Origin: Candidatus Eisenbergiella pullicola
Lineage (GTDB): Bacteria; Bacillota; Clostridia; Lachnospirales; Lachnospiraceae
Assembly (NCBI GenBank): GCA_019117385.1
Contig: DWZU01000033.1
Location: 12,301 to 76,300, forward strand
Direction of reading: 5' to 3'
DNA: 64,000 bases
Notes under the pieces: model-generated
What the model was told of the DNA's origin: nothing
What the model saw: only the letters and a program-made list of their open reading frames with translations
Databases searched by the model: none
Shown: positions 45,681 through 54,387 of the stretch, piece after piece
How the letters are laid out: each line of letters starts with the position of its first letter
How positions within the stretch are numbered: position 1 is the stretch's first letter
Position numbers and translations under genes: made by a program

Positions 45681-46610
45681 CTACCACAGACTGTTGCCGG
45701 ACAGCTTATCCGCCGCCTTGTTGACGACGAGCAGCATGACCAGGTTGACAATCGTATTGAACAGGCCGATTGCGGTGGAGTATGACATGTCGTTGTTGAT
45801 CAAACCGACTTTATACACGTACGTGGAGATGATTTCCGACACGTTCATGTTCAAATCGTTCTGCAGCGCGTAAGCCTTTTCAAATCCGATGGAGAGGATG
45901 CTGCCGCAGTTTAAGATCAGCAGGACCGTAGCCGTCGGCAGAATGGACGGCAGGTCGATGTAGCGGATCAGCTGGAACTTGGTGGCGCCGTCGCATCGCG
46001 CCGCTTCATGCAGCTCGGGGCTGATGCCGGAAAGGGCTGCGAAATAGATGACGGAGCTCCAGCCCATGCCCTGCCATACGCCGCTCCAGACGTATAAGTG
46101 CCGCCAGTATTGTTGCTTGGCCATGAAGTTGACCGCTTCTCCCCCGAAGAACTGGATCACCGTATTGATCACGCCCACGGTAGGGGACAGGAACAGGATG
46201 ATCATACCGCACATAACGACCGTCGAAATGAAGTTCGGCGCGTAGGTCACCATCTGGATCACCTTGCGGTATTTGGGATGCCGGAACGAGTTCAGCATCA
46301 GCGCCAGGGCGATCGGGATCGGGAAGGATACGATCAGCCCGTACAGGCTCAGGATCAGTGTGTTGACGATGGTCATCTCGAAGTAGGGGGACTCGAAGAA
46401 CCTCTGGAAATAGTAAAGGCCCACCCATTTGCTCCCCATGATGCCGGCTTTTGCATTAAATCTCCGGAATGCGATCTGCACGCCGTACATCGGGATGTAG
46501 CTGAAAATGAAGGTCAGAACAACGCCTGGCAGACAGAACAGCCAGAGAGATCTGTCCCTCTTGAGCTGCTTCATGAAGCTGCCTTTCTTTTTGACTGCTT
46601 TTGTTTTCAT
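45681..46610 (-). CDS. Carbohydrate ABC transporter permease
   Basis: YIPMYGVQIAF, EAARCDGA, IISTYVYKVGL. Confidence 0.93.
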   Translation of the reverse strand: MKTKAVKKKGSFMKQLKRDRSLWLFCLPGVVLTFIFSYIPMYGVQIAFRRFNAKAGIMGSKWVGLYYFQRFFESPYFEMTIVNTLILSLYGLIVSFPIPIALALMLNSFRHPKYRKVIQMVTYAPNFISTVVMCGMIILFLSPTVGVINTVIQFFGGEAVNFMAKQQYWRHLYVWSGVWQGMGWSSVIYFAALSGISPELHEAARCDGATKFQLIRYIDLPSILPTATVLLILNCGSILSIGFEKAYALQNDLNMNVSEIISTYVYKVGLINNDMSYSTAIGLFNTIVNLVMLLVVNKAADKLSGNSLW

Positions 46611-46671
46611 ACGCTTCTCCTTTCAATAGTTGAACTTAATGCGGTAAATCTGTTTCATCCCCCCTCCTGAT

Positions 46672-46711
46672 TTAACGTTTTTAACATAATTAACACTTTG
46701 GATCATGTTAA
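46672..46711. promoter_or_regulatory. Candidate operator: three TTAAC units at 9-bp period plus an inverted GTTAA
   Basis: TTAAC at 46672, 46681 and 46690; GTTAA at 46707; upstream of the ABC operon start. Confidence 0.4.
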
Positions 46712-47022
46712 ATTGTTTTCTCCCCGCCTTCAGGTTTTATCTAAATTGTATACTTTAAATTCCAATTCAAATTGTTTCATGGTATTTATTATGATAAATA
46801 TAAACTTTTTCTAACCAGTATGTCAACATGTTTCACTAGATTTTTATCCTCTTTCACATTGTGCACAAATTTTTACCCGTTTTTTCAGTTCAATTTTAGT
46901 TAAATTTTTTTGTCCGTCCTGAGAACACGGGTTAACCCGTCCACTGCCTCAAAAACCTCACGTTTTATCGGGTTTTTCCCGCAAAATACGACTTTTTTCC
47001 GCCTTTGGCAGGCAAAAATTTC

Positions 47023-47073
47023 GTTCAGTTTTGTTCAGTTTTTCTTGCAACATTTTTGACCGAATGTTATACT
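47023..47073 (+). promoter_or_regulatory. SigA promoter of the CBM9-like gene with an upstream tandem repeat
   Basis: TTGCAA(47045)-N17-TATACT(47068) with a TG extension; GTTCAGTTTT x2 at 47023-47042 abutting the -35. Confidence 0.65.
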
Positions 47074-47175
47074 TTGTGCAGAAACTTTCCTCCCTGCCAG
47101 CGCTTTCGGCGCGGCCGCGGCGCCTCCGGCAGGGGCAACCATCGATGTTCATTCCTATAAAATGAGGTAATCGCC

Positions 47176-48249
47176 ATGAACGCTATCCGAATTCCTGTTC
47201 CCGCCGTGGATTTCGCTCCGCCCGTCTACGTCTGCAGACGCGCCGCGCATCCCTTCACCCTGGACGGCAGGCTGGACAAACCCTTCTGGGAAAACATTCC
47301 CTTCACCGACGCTTTCGGGGATATCGAGGGCCCGCACATGCCCGCCCCCCGTTTCCGCACCAGGGCCAAAATGGCCTGGGACGACGAGTATTTCTATTTC
47401 GGCGCCCTGATCGAGGGGGATGAGATCTGGGGCCACATCGTGGACCGGGACGCCGTCATCTTCCATGATAACGATTTTGAAATCTTCATCGATCCGGATT
47501 CCGATACGCAGCAGTATTATGAATTTGAAATGAACGTTCTGAATACGGTCTGGGATCTGTTCCTGCCCGTGGCTTACCGGGACGGCGGCAGCGGTCTCAA
47601 CGGATACGATATGCACGGGCTGCGCACAGCGGTGCACGTGGACGGAAGCGTCAACGACCCGGCAGCCGCCAACCGGAGCTGGAGCGTGGAGGTCGCGATC
47701 CCCTTCGCGGCCCTGACCGAATGCCTTGCCGACAAGCGCGCGCCCAGAGACGGCGAATTCTACCGCGTCAATTTCTCCCGCGTGCAGTGGAAGGTGGATG
47801 TGGAAAACGGTTCTTACCAGAAGCGCACCGATCCTTCCACCGGACGGCCGCTGCCCGAGGATAACTGGGTGTGGGCTCCCACCGGCGTGATCAACATCCA
47901 CTACCCTGAGCTCTGGGCTTTCGTGTTCTTCGCGGATTCCGACCGGGACGACAGCAGCTATACGATCCCCGCGGACGAACGCCGCAAATGGGAGCTCCGG
48001 AAGGTCTACTACGCGCAGCAGATCTATCGCGACTTAAACGGCGCATACTGCGCGGACGCCGACACGCTGCTCGAAACTCTGCGGGAGCACGCGCCCAACG
48101 GGTTCAACACCGGATGGAACGCTCCCGGCCTCCTGATCGAGACCACCTCCCATTCCTTCGAGCTCTCCTGCGACGCAGCGGAGGAAGGCAGGAGGATCGT
48201 CCTCGCCGGAAACGGCAAGGCGGGGATCGCGGAGGAAAGCAGGCGTTAA
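47176..48249 (+). CDS. Carbohydrate-binding family 9-like (DOMON-like) protein, cytoplasmic
   Basis: LDGRLD...W, TRAKMAWDDEYFY, DNDFEIFIDP, YYEFEMN, WSVEVAIPF; no signal peptide. Confidence 0.8.
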   Translation: MNAIRIPVPAVDFAPPVYVCRRAAHPFTLDGRLDKPFWENIPFTDAFGDIEGPHMPAPRFRTRAKMAWDDEYFYFGALIEGDEIWGHIVDRDAVIFHDNDFEIFIDPDSDTQQYYEFEMNVLNTVWDLFLPVAYRDGGSGLNGYDMHGLRTAVHVDGSVNDPAAANRSWSVEVAIPFAALTECLADKRAPRDGEFYRVNFSRVQWKVDVENGSYQKRTDPSTGRPLPEDNWVWAPTGVINIHYPELWAFVFFADSDRDDSSYTIPADERRKWELRKVYYAQQIYRDLNGAYCADADTLLETLREHAPNGFNTGWNAPGLLIETTSHSFELSCDAAEEGRRIVLAGNGKAGIAEESRR

Positions 48250-48256
48250 GATAACG

Positions 48257-48320
48257 AAAAGGGCACCGGTTCAGGTGACTTCCCAGCTATGCTGGCTGGA
48301 ACCTGAACCGGTGCCCTTTT
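48257..48320. terminator. Bidirectional terminator between convergent genes
   Basis: 20-bp perfect stem AAAAGGGCACCGGTTCAGGT / ACCTGAACCGGTGCCCTTTT. Confidence 0.85.
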
Positions 48321-48346
48321 TCGCAGGTTGCCGTCATTGCCGCAAC

Positions 48347-49951
48347 CTATCCGATGTCCTTTCTCGCAGGTTGCCGCCGCCTCCACGTTCCGGGCGCCGT
48401 TGCGGCGATTTCACCTGCATCCGGCACCAGTCCTTCCGGCGTGAGGCGAAAGACGGCATCGCACACTTCTTCGATATATTTCCGGTCATGGGAAACGCTG
48501 ATGACGGCGCCCTTGTATTCCTTCAGCATCCTGCGGATCACCGGCCCCGAAAGGGGAGAAAAGTTGCGGGTGGGTTCGTCCAGGATCAGCACATCCGCTC
48601 CGGACAGGCTCATTTTCAGAAGCAGCACTTTCGCCTTCTGGCCGCCGGACAGTTCCCGGATAGGATGATCCATCTCCCCGGCGGTAAATTTCAGGGAGCC
48701 CAGATACGTGCGGATCCTGGTGCGCTCCTCCTTCTCCCCCGTCCGATCCAGATAGTCCACCGGCGTTTCGTCCCGATCCAGCATCTCCTCGTAGTTCTGC
48801 GGCATATAGGCCGCGCGGATATCGTCCCTGGCCAGGAGCTGCCCGGCGATCCACCGGATCAGGGTGGTCTTTCCCGCCCCGTTTTTTCCGATGATGCAGA
48901 CTTTCTGCCCGCCCCGGACGCGCAAAGATACGTTTCTGGCCAGAATACCGCCATCCCCCGGCGCTCTCAGCTCCAACGTCTCCAATTCCAGCACGGTTTT
49001 CCCGGCGGGCATTTTCACCCCCTCTCCGAGTTTGAAAAAGATCGCCTCTTCCGTTTCCGGCAGTTCGGTCATTTCCCTGCTTTCCCTCTCATAACGCCTT
49101 TCCAGGGATTTCACCGCCTTCATCTTCTTTTTGAGCAGATAACCGCCGTGGGGATCCTGCCGGGATACGCTTCTGAGCTCATTTTCCACTTTCTGCTGCA
49201 TTCTCCGGAATTTCTCCTGTCTTTTTTTCTCCTCCCGGCGCTCGTTTTCGGCCTGCTGCTCCTGATTTTCCATACTCTCTTGCCGCCGCTTCAGATATTC
49301 CCGATAGGGGAGGCGAACGACGCTGCAGCGGCTCTCGGTTTTCCTCTTCAACTGTTCCATGTGAACGATCACATTGGCCGTTCTCTCGATGAGCGTCTCA
49401 TCATGGGAAACGAAGAGAACCGGCCCCTTCCAGTTTTGTATCAGTTCTTCCAGCCATTCCAGCGTTTCGATGTCGATATCGTTGGACGGCTCATCCAGCA
49501 GCAGCGCCGTAGGCTGTCCCAGCAGAAGGGACGCCATCTGCGCTTTCACCTTCTCTCCCCCGGACAGACTTTCCATCCGCTGATCGCCGTAAAAAAATTC
49601 CGGTTCCAATCCCAACTGTCCGGCCAGGACGGCCAGTTCTTTCGGCGTCTGTTCCCAGAACGCCGGCTGAGCGCTGAAATATTCGTACACGGTCTTCTCC
49701 CGCTCTCTTTCCGGCAATTCCTGCGGAAGATAGCCCAGCCGTTCTCCCTCACAGATACGATCCCCCGCCGCCTCCGCATAGCCTTCGATCAGTCCGGGGG
49801 CATAGATCCATTTCAGCAGCGTGCTCTTGCCGTTTCCTTCCTCTCCGACGATCACGGCCTTATCCCCGGGATTCAGGCATAGCCGAAAGCCCTTTGCGAT
49901 CTCACGGAGATCCTTTTTGTGCACGATCGTCAAATCTTTTACCTGCAACAC
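48347..49951 (-). CDS. ABC-F family ATPase (tandem NBDs, no TM; ribosome-associated class)
   Basis: GEEGNGKS/LSGGE/LDEP and GKNGAGKT/LSGGQ/LDEP joined by a charged helical linker; GTG 49951 with RBS AAGGAGG. Confidence 0.9.
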   Translation of the reverse strand: MLQVKDLTIVHKKDLREIAKGFRLCLNPGDKAVIVGEEGNGKSTLLKWIYAPGLIEGYAEAAGDRICEGERLGYLPQELPEREREKTVYEYFSAQPAFWEQTPKELAVLAGQLGLEPEFFYGDQRMESLSGGEKVKAQMASLLLGQPTALLLDEPSNDIDIETLEWLEELIQNWKGPVLFVSHDETLIERTANVIVHMEQLKRKTESRCSVVRLPYREYLKRRQESMENQEQQAENERREEKKRQEKFRRMQQKVENELRSVSRQDPHGGYLLKKKMKAVKSLERRYERESREMTELPETEEAIFFKLGEGVKMPAGKTVLELETLELRAPGDGGILARNVSLRVRGGQKVCIIGKNGAGKTTLIRWIAGQLLARDDIRAAYMPQNYEEMLDRDETPVDYLDRTGEKEERTRIRTYLGSLKFTAGEMDHPIRELSGGQKAKVLLLKMSLSGADVLILDEPTRNFSPLSGPVIRRMLKEYKGAVISVSHDRKYIEEVCDAVFRLTPEGLVPDAGEIAATAPGTWRRRQPARKDIG

Positions 49952-49976
49952 AGGATTCCTCCTTCCCGACGCCTGT

Positions 49977-50035
49977 ATCCTCAGCGGAGCGTCTTTTTTA
50001 TACGACAGGAAATGAAATTTCCTGTCGTATAAAAA
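49977..50035. repeat. 59-bp palindromic repeat, copy A
   Basis: Identical to 56684-56742; contains a 19-bp perfect stem TTTTTATACGACAGGAAAT-GAA-ATTTCCTGTCGTATAAAAA. Confidence 0.9.
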
Positions 50036-50097
50036 AAAGAACCCGCCTTCACCCGAAAACAGATTCCACAAAAACGCGCGCCGGCGCGAAAACGCAT
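49981..50097 (-). other. Candidate 38-aa leader ORF upstream of the ABC-F gene
   Basis: GGAGG 9 nt before ATG 50097; MRFRAGARFCGICFRVKAGSFFYTTGNFISCRIKKTLR-stop; traverses the hairpin. Confidence 0.3.
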
Positions 50098-50366
50098 CGG
50101 CCGGTTCCTCCATTATCTCTCAATCCGACTCATCGGTGGGGCTTCGGAATGCACTGTCATCCAATTCGGCATGAAAACAAAATCCACAGACAGGCGTCTG
50201 TAAAATATAAGGTCTCATTTCTCACCAAATCAGATTATCTGAACATTTCCTCACCCAACGCGCCAAAGCGCGCCTTTCTCCCGATTTCAAATCCACTATA
50301 GCACATTCCGCCCCGGCCGGCAATCCGTTTTTTTCGAATACGCCCCGGCCGGATTCCGGCACGTTC

Positions 50367-50603
50367 TCACAGACAGCTTTCCGGCCGGTTGCGCACCAAA
50401 AACAGAAGGCTTCCCAGATAGCCCACTACCAGGGCAGCCAACGATGCGACGGCGATCTCGTCCACCCAGCCGCCCAAAGCCATCCGCATAAGCTTTCCGG
50501 CCAGGAGTCCCACCAGAAACCAGAGCGCCGTGCCGCCCAGAATTACAGCATGAGGCGGACATGAAATCAAAACTCGATACAAGATATTTTTCTTCTTCCC
50601 CAT
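50367..50603 (-). CDS. Small hypothetical membrane protein (78 aa, 2 TM)
   Basis: RBS AAAGGAG before ATG 50603; basic N-terminus followed by two hydrophobic segments. Confidence 0.65.
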   Translation of the reverse strand: MGKKKNILYRVLISCPPHAVILGGTALWFLVGLLAGKLMRMALGGWVDEIAVASLAALVVGYLGSLLFLVRNRPESCL

Positions 50604-50734
50604 TCCACTTCTCCTTTGCCTGTCTGCAGCCGAACAGATTCTGTGAAAAGCATAAAAAGAAACGCGGTATTCTGCCACCATCCCCCGGCAAATACCGCGT
50701 AAAATCAGCGTAAAGCTTTCCTTCTTATTTATTC

Positions 50735-51922
50735 TTATTCCGCTTTCCCGCCTTTTTGCAGGGCGGCATCGGCCGCTCTCTTCTCCCGCTCTCTGCGGGC
50801 GTTTCTCCGGTTCACCCCATACCCCAGCAATTTATAGAGCGTCGCTGCGCTGGGCACGCCCAACAGCATGCCCGGAATGCCCAGCACTCCTCCGCCGATT
50901 GTGACAGCGGCCAGTACCCACATGCCAGGAAGGCCGATGGAACTCCCCACCACTTTAGGATAGATCAGATTCCCTTCCAGCTGCTGAAGGATTATGATGA
51001 ATATGAGGAACAGAAGGGCTTTCAGGGGATCCTGGGTCAGGATCATGAAAGCGCCCACCGCTGCGCCCAGATAGGCCCCAACGATGGGGATCAGCGCAGT
51101 AGCCCCGATGAACGCGCCTATCATGGGCGCATAGGGGAAGCGGAAAATCAGCATCCCTGCCGTGCACAGGCTTCCCAGGACCACTGCCTCAGTCACCTGC
51201 CCTACGATGAAGCTGGAAAAAGTCCGATCCGCAGTCACCAGAATCCGTTTACAGCGTTCGATCCAGCAAGGGCGTACGAAGGCCCGAACCGTCCGTTTGA
51301 GCTGATCCGCCAGCTTCTCCTTGCTGGCCAGAATATAGATCGCGAAGATAAGAGCGATGACGGAATTCACCACCGCACCCACCAGACTGCCCACCAGGGT
51401 CACCGTGGAATTCAAAAAGCCGCCGATTCCGGCCTTAAGATAGTTGATCACGCTGTCCCACAGGCTGTTCCAGTCCACGTTCAGATTCTGCAAATTTTCC
51501 AGCATCTGTCCGGTCTGCGGAAATTCATCCAGATTTTCCGCCAGCCAATCCACCACTTCCCGAAACGCCACCGGGATGGACTGCCCGATGATGGCGAAAG
51601 CTTTGATCAGCTCGGGCACCACCAGGCGGAGGATGAGGTAGATCACAGCCGCGATCAGCACCAGGGAAAGGACGATGCAGACAGGGCGCCGGGTCCTTTT
51701 TGCCAGACGGGATCCGGAATTGGGAAAATAGAGTTTCTCCAGCTTCCGCATCACAATATTGAGCACGTAAGCCACCGCGCAGCCCGCGATCAGAGGGGAA
51801 GCGATGCTCCACAGATCTCCCGCCCCTCCCAAAAGCACGTTGAAGTACCGAATTCCCAACACCAGGACAGCAGCCAGCAGAAAATATTTCACAATCCTGG
51901 GATCCATTTTTCTTTTTTCCAT
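50735..51922 (-). CDS. AI-2E family transporter
   Basis: Multi-TM; LIPIVG, QQLEGNLIYPKVVG, GIPGMLLGVP. Confidence 0.93.
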   Translation of the reverse strand: MEKRKMDPRIVKYFLLAAVLVLGIRYFNVLLGGAGDLWSIASPLIAGCAVAYVLNIVMRKLEKLYFPNSGSRLAKRTRRPVCIVLSLVLIAAVIYLILRLVVPELIKAFAIIGQSIPVAFREVVDWLAENLDEFPQTGQMLENLQNLNVDWNSLWDSVINYLKAGIGGFLNSTVTLVGSLVGAVVNSVIALIFAIYILASKEKLADQLKRTVRAFVRPCWIERCKRILVTADRTFSSFIVGQVTEAVVLGSLCTAGMLIFRFPYAPMIGAFIGATALIPIVGAYLGAAVGAFMILTQDPLKALLFLIFIIILQQLEGNLIYPKVVGSSIGLPGMWVLAAVTIGGGVLGIPGMLLGVPSAATLYKLLGYGVNRRNARREREKRAADAALQKGGKAE

Positions 51923-52001
51923 TCCCTATCCCCTTTCCGATCCGTCATCCGCCTTTTCCCGAACAGATCCTATGCTTCCATCGCCCGCGGCAGCGGAAAA
52001 T

Positions 52002-52697
52002 TCAAACGTCAGGTTCTTCCGGGTTCTGCACGCCGCCCGGACGGTTCTCGATCATCCTCCGGATTTCCTGCATCCGGTAGTCCACATGGCAGATCGTGTC
52101 CGCGCAGATCTTGAGCTCTTCCGCAATCCGGTCCGCGTTCCCGATGTCCTGTTTATATTTCAGCTTATGCTCCAGGCTCGCCCAGAAATCCATGGCGATG
52201 GTGCGAAACTGCACTTCCGCCCGCACGTGTTTCTTTTTCCGGGAAAGGAAAATCGGGATTTCCAGGATCAGGTGCAGACTTCTATAGCCATTGGGCTTCG
52301 GATCCCGGATGTAATCCTTCACCTCCACGACCAGAATATCATCCTGTTGAGACAGCTGCCTGGCCAAAGTATAAATGTCTTCCGGAAAGGAGCAGATCAC
52401 CCGGACGCCCGCGATATCCGACATATTCTTTTCGATGCTCTCCGGCGACAGCTCCCAGCCCTTGCGCTGTATTTTCTCCACGATGCTGTGAGGCGATTTC
52501 AATCTGGTCTTAATCGTTTCAATGGGATTACGATTATGCTGAAGGGAAAATTCCGTATCCAACACCCGGAATTTCGTCTCCAGCTCCAGAATGGCGCAGC
52601 GGTATTCCATCATAAGCTGCCGATATCTTCCATCCTCAAAAAAAATCTCTTCGGGATACTCTTTTCCCCGGATTCCATTTTCCGTATTTTCTGCCAT
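52002..52697 (-). CDS. Small alarmone synthetase ((p)ppGpp synthetase, RelP/RelQ-like)
   Basis: RLKSPHSIVEK, DIAGVRVIC, DYIRDPKPNGYRSLH, EVQFRTIAMDFWASLEH. Confidence 0.93.
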   Translation of the reverse strand: MAENTENGIRGKEYPEEIFFEDGRYRQLMMEYRCAILELETKFRVLDTEFSLQHNRNPIETIKTRLKSPHSIVEKIQRKGWELSPESIEKNMSDIAGVRVICSFPEDIYTLARQLSQQDDILVVEVKDYIRDPKPNGYRSLHLILEIPIFLSRKKKHVRAEVQFRTIAMDFWASLEHKLKYKQDIGNADRIAEELKICADTICHVDYRMQEIRRMIENRPGGVQNPEEPDV

Positions 52698-52783
52698 GAC
52701 AGGCCTCTTCTCTCCTTTTTTCATCTCCGGAGCGCATTCCCGCCCGGAGGAACTGCGGACTCACAGAATCCTGTTCGAAAACC

Positions 52784-52834
52784 GAAACCGGGCTGCGAGC
52801 TCACTCCTTTTAGTGTAAGCCACAGCCCGGTTTC
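52784..52834. other. Intergenic stem-loop
   Basis: GAAACCGGGCTG...CAGCCCGGTTTC 12-bp stem downstream of the acylphosphatase gene. Confidence 0.5.
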
Positions 52835-52868
52835 CGGCAAGGCATTTGCTCCATATTTAAGAAAAACT

Positions 52869-53246
52869 TCATCCCAGCACTTCGAACCGGTCGCCTCTGC
52901 ACAGAGGGCAGTCCCGCTCTTCCGCTTTTTCGATGGAGATCCGGCCGGCAGAATTGAGCCGGAGCAACAGCAGATCGACAACCTCCGCCTTTCCCTGAAC
53001 CTCCATCTCTACCCGGCCATCGGGCAAGTTTAAGACCCAGCCGGTCAGTCCCAGCTTGCTGGAAATGGCGAATGCGGTATAGCGAAATCCCACTTCCTGC
53101 ACGCGGCCGGAGAAATAGTAGTGCCTGCGCACATGCCCCTGCTCCCGCAGCGGCCGCGCCTCTTCCTCCGGAAGCTCCTCCTGTCCGTCCGGGCGCCCTT
53201 CCCTCATCGCGGCAAAGAGCAACCTTTTCCAAAATCCTGCCGCCAT
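52869..53246 (-). CDS. Acylphosphatase family protein
   Basis: GRVQEVGFR, GLTGWVLNLPDGRVEMEVQG. Confidence 0.85.
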   Translation of the reverse strand: MAAGFWKRLLFAAMREGRPDGQEELPEEEARPLREQGHVRRHYYFSGRVQEVGFRYTAFAISSKLGLTGWVLNLPDGRVEMEVQGKAEVVDLLLLRLNSAGRISIEKAEERDCPLCRGDRFEVLG

Positions 53247-53273
53247 AGAACCCCCTGTCGTCGAATCGGCCCG

Positions 53274-54224
53274 TTACAGCTTCAGCCCTTTCAGCAGATC
53301 CCCGAGGGACGTGCCGATGGATTCCCGGGAGCTGTACTGCGCCGCCCGCTTTTCTTCCTCTTCGTCAGGCCTTGCGGACTCCTCCACCGCCTTCATGCTC
53401 AGGCTGATCTTATTGTTGTTGGTGTTGAGCACCTTAACCTTTACCGCATCGCCCACGTTAAGCACTTCGGACGGCTTTTTGATCCGCCTCTGGCTGATCT
53501 GCGAGATGTGCACCAGCCCGCTTAAGCCGTCTCCCAGATCCACGAAAGCGCCGTAAGGCATCAGGCTCTCCACCCGGCCTTCCATGATGGTGCCGGGAAC
53601 GAGCATGGCGATTTTGTGGTTGAGCGCCTCCTCTTCCTTTTCCTTCAGGATTTCTTTTGCGGAGAGCACCAGTTTCTTCCTGGCCTTTTCCACCGTGATA
53701 ACCCTCACCTCGAGAGTTTTTCCCACGAAGGTCTCCAGATCCTCCACATAGCTCAAAGACAGCCGCGAAGCGGGAATGAATCCGCGAATACCGTCCACAT
53801 AGGCGACCACGCCCTTGTTCACAGCTTCGCTCACTTTCACCGTCAGCGTTGTTCCCTCTTCCAGATCCTTCTGCAGTTTATCCCAGCCTTTTACTTCCGC
53901 AGCTTCCACGCGGGAAAGCTGGATATTGCCTGCGCCGTCGTCCGTCTTCACCACGGTGCCTTCAACGGCATCGCCCACATGTACGTCGTTTAAAATCGAA
54001 AAGGAAGGATCCCTGCTGTAGTCCTCCGCTTTGATCACGCCGGGCGCATAATAGCCCAGGTCCAGCGTCACCCCCGTTTCACTGACGTCGATCACGCTGC
54101 CGGAAATGATATCCCCTTCCCGGATGGTGCGGAAAGAAGCTTCCAGCTCTTTGCTGTAATCTTCCATGGTCTCCGCCGCGCCGTCTTCTTCCACATCCGC
54201 AATCCCCGTTTTGATTTCTTCCAT
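53274..54224 (-). CDS. S1 RNA-binding domain protein (three S1 domains, ribosomal protein S1-like)
   Basis: Repeated S1 motifs (GIRGFIPAS; YGAFVDLGDGLSGLVHISQIS); RBS GGAGG before ATG 54224. Confidence 0.9.
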   Translation of the reverse strand: MEEIKTGIADVEEDGAAETMEDYSKELEASFRTIREGDIISGSVIDVSETGVTLDLGYYAPGVIKAEDYSRDPSFSILNDVHVGDAVEGTVVKTDDGAGNIQLSRVEAAEVKGWDKLQKDLEEGTTLTVKVSEAVNKGVVAYVDGIRGFIPASRLSLSYVEDLETFVGKTLEVRVITVEKARKKLVLSAKEILKEKEEEALNHKIAMLVPGTIMEGRVESLMPYGAFVDLGDGLSGLVHISQISQRRIKKPSEVLNVGDAVKVKVLNTNNNKISLSMKAVEESARPDEEEEKRAAQYSSRESIGTSLGDLLKGLKL

Positions 54225-54324
54225 AATGACCTCCTCTTTGGCGTTTCGCCCTGCTTTCGGCCTGTTTTTCTGCCGTCCCTTCATTTTACCACGGTTTTGG
54301 CAGAAATTCCAGTTTTACCGGACA

Positions 54325-54353
54325 TTGTCATCACGAATCCGAACTGCTATAAT
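54325..54353 (+). promoter_or_regulatory. SigA promoter of the HD gene
   Basis: TTGTCA-N17-TATAAT with a TG extension. Confidence 0.75.
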
Positions 54354-54387
54354 AGGGTTCATCTCTGATCGAAAGGAAGTGGCTTTC

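Noticed and set aside
4313-46610. Both sugar ABC systems lack an ATPase gene
   Set aside because: Normal in Firmicutes, where a shared MsmX/MsmK-type ATPase acts in trans.
49952-50113. In-frame N-terminal extension of the ABC-F from ATG 50113
   Set aside because: It runs through the palindromic repeat; GTG 49951 has a strong RBS and starts at the expected NBD strand.
52740-52860. Structured intergenic segment as a tRNA or known ncRNA
   Set aside because: No cloverleaf, T-loop or CCA; only a simple stem-loop is supported.
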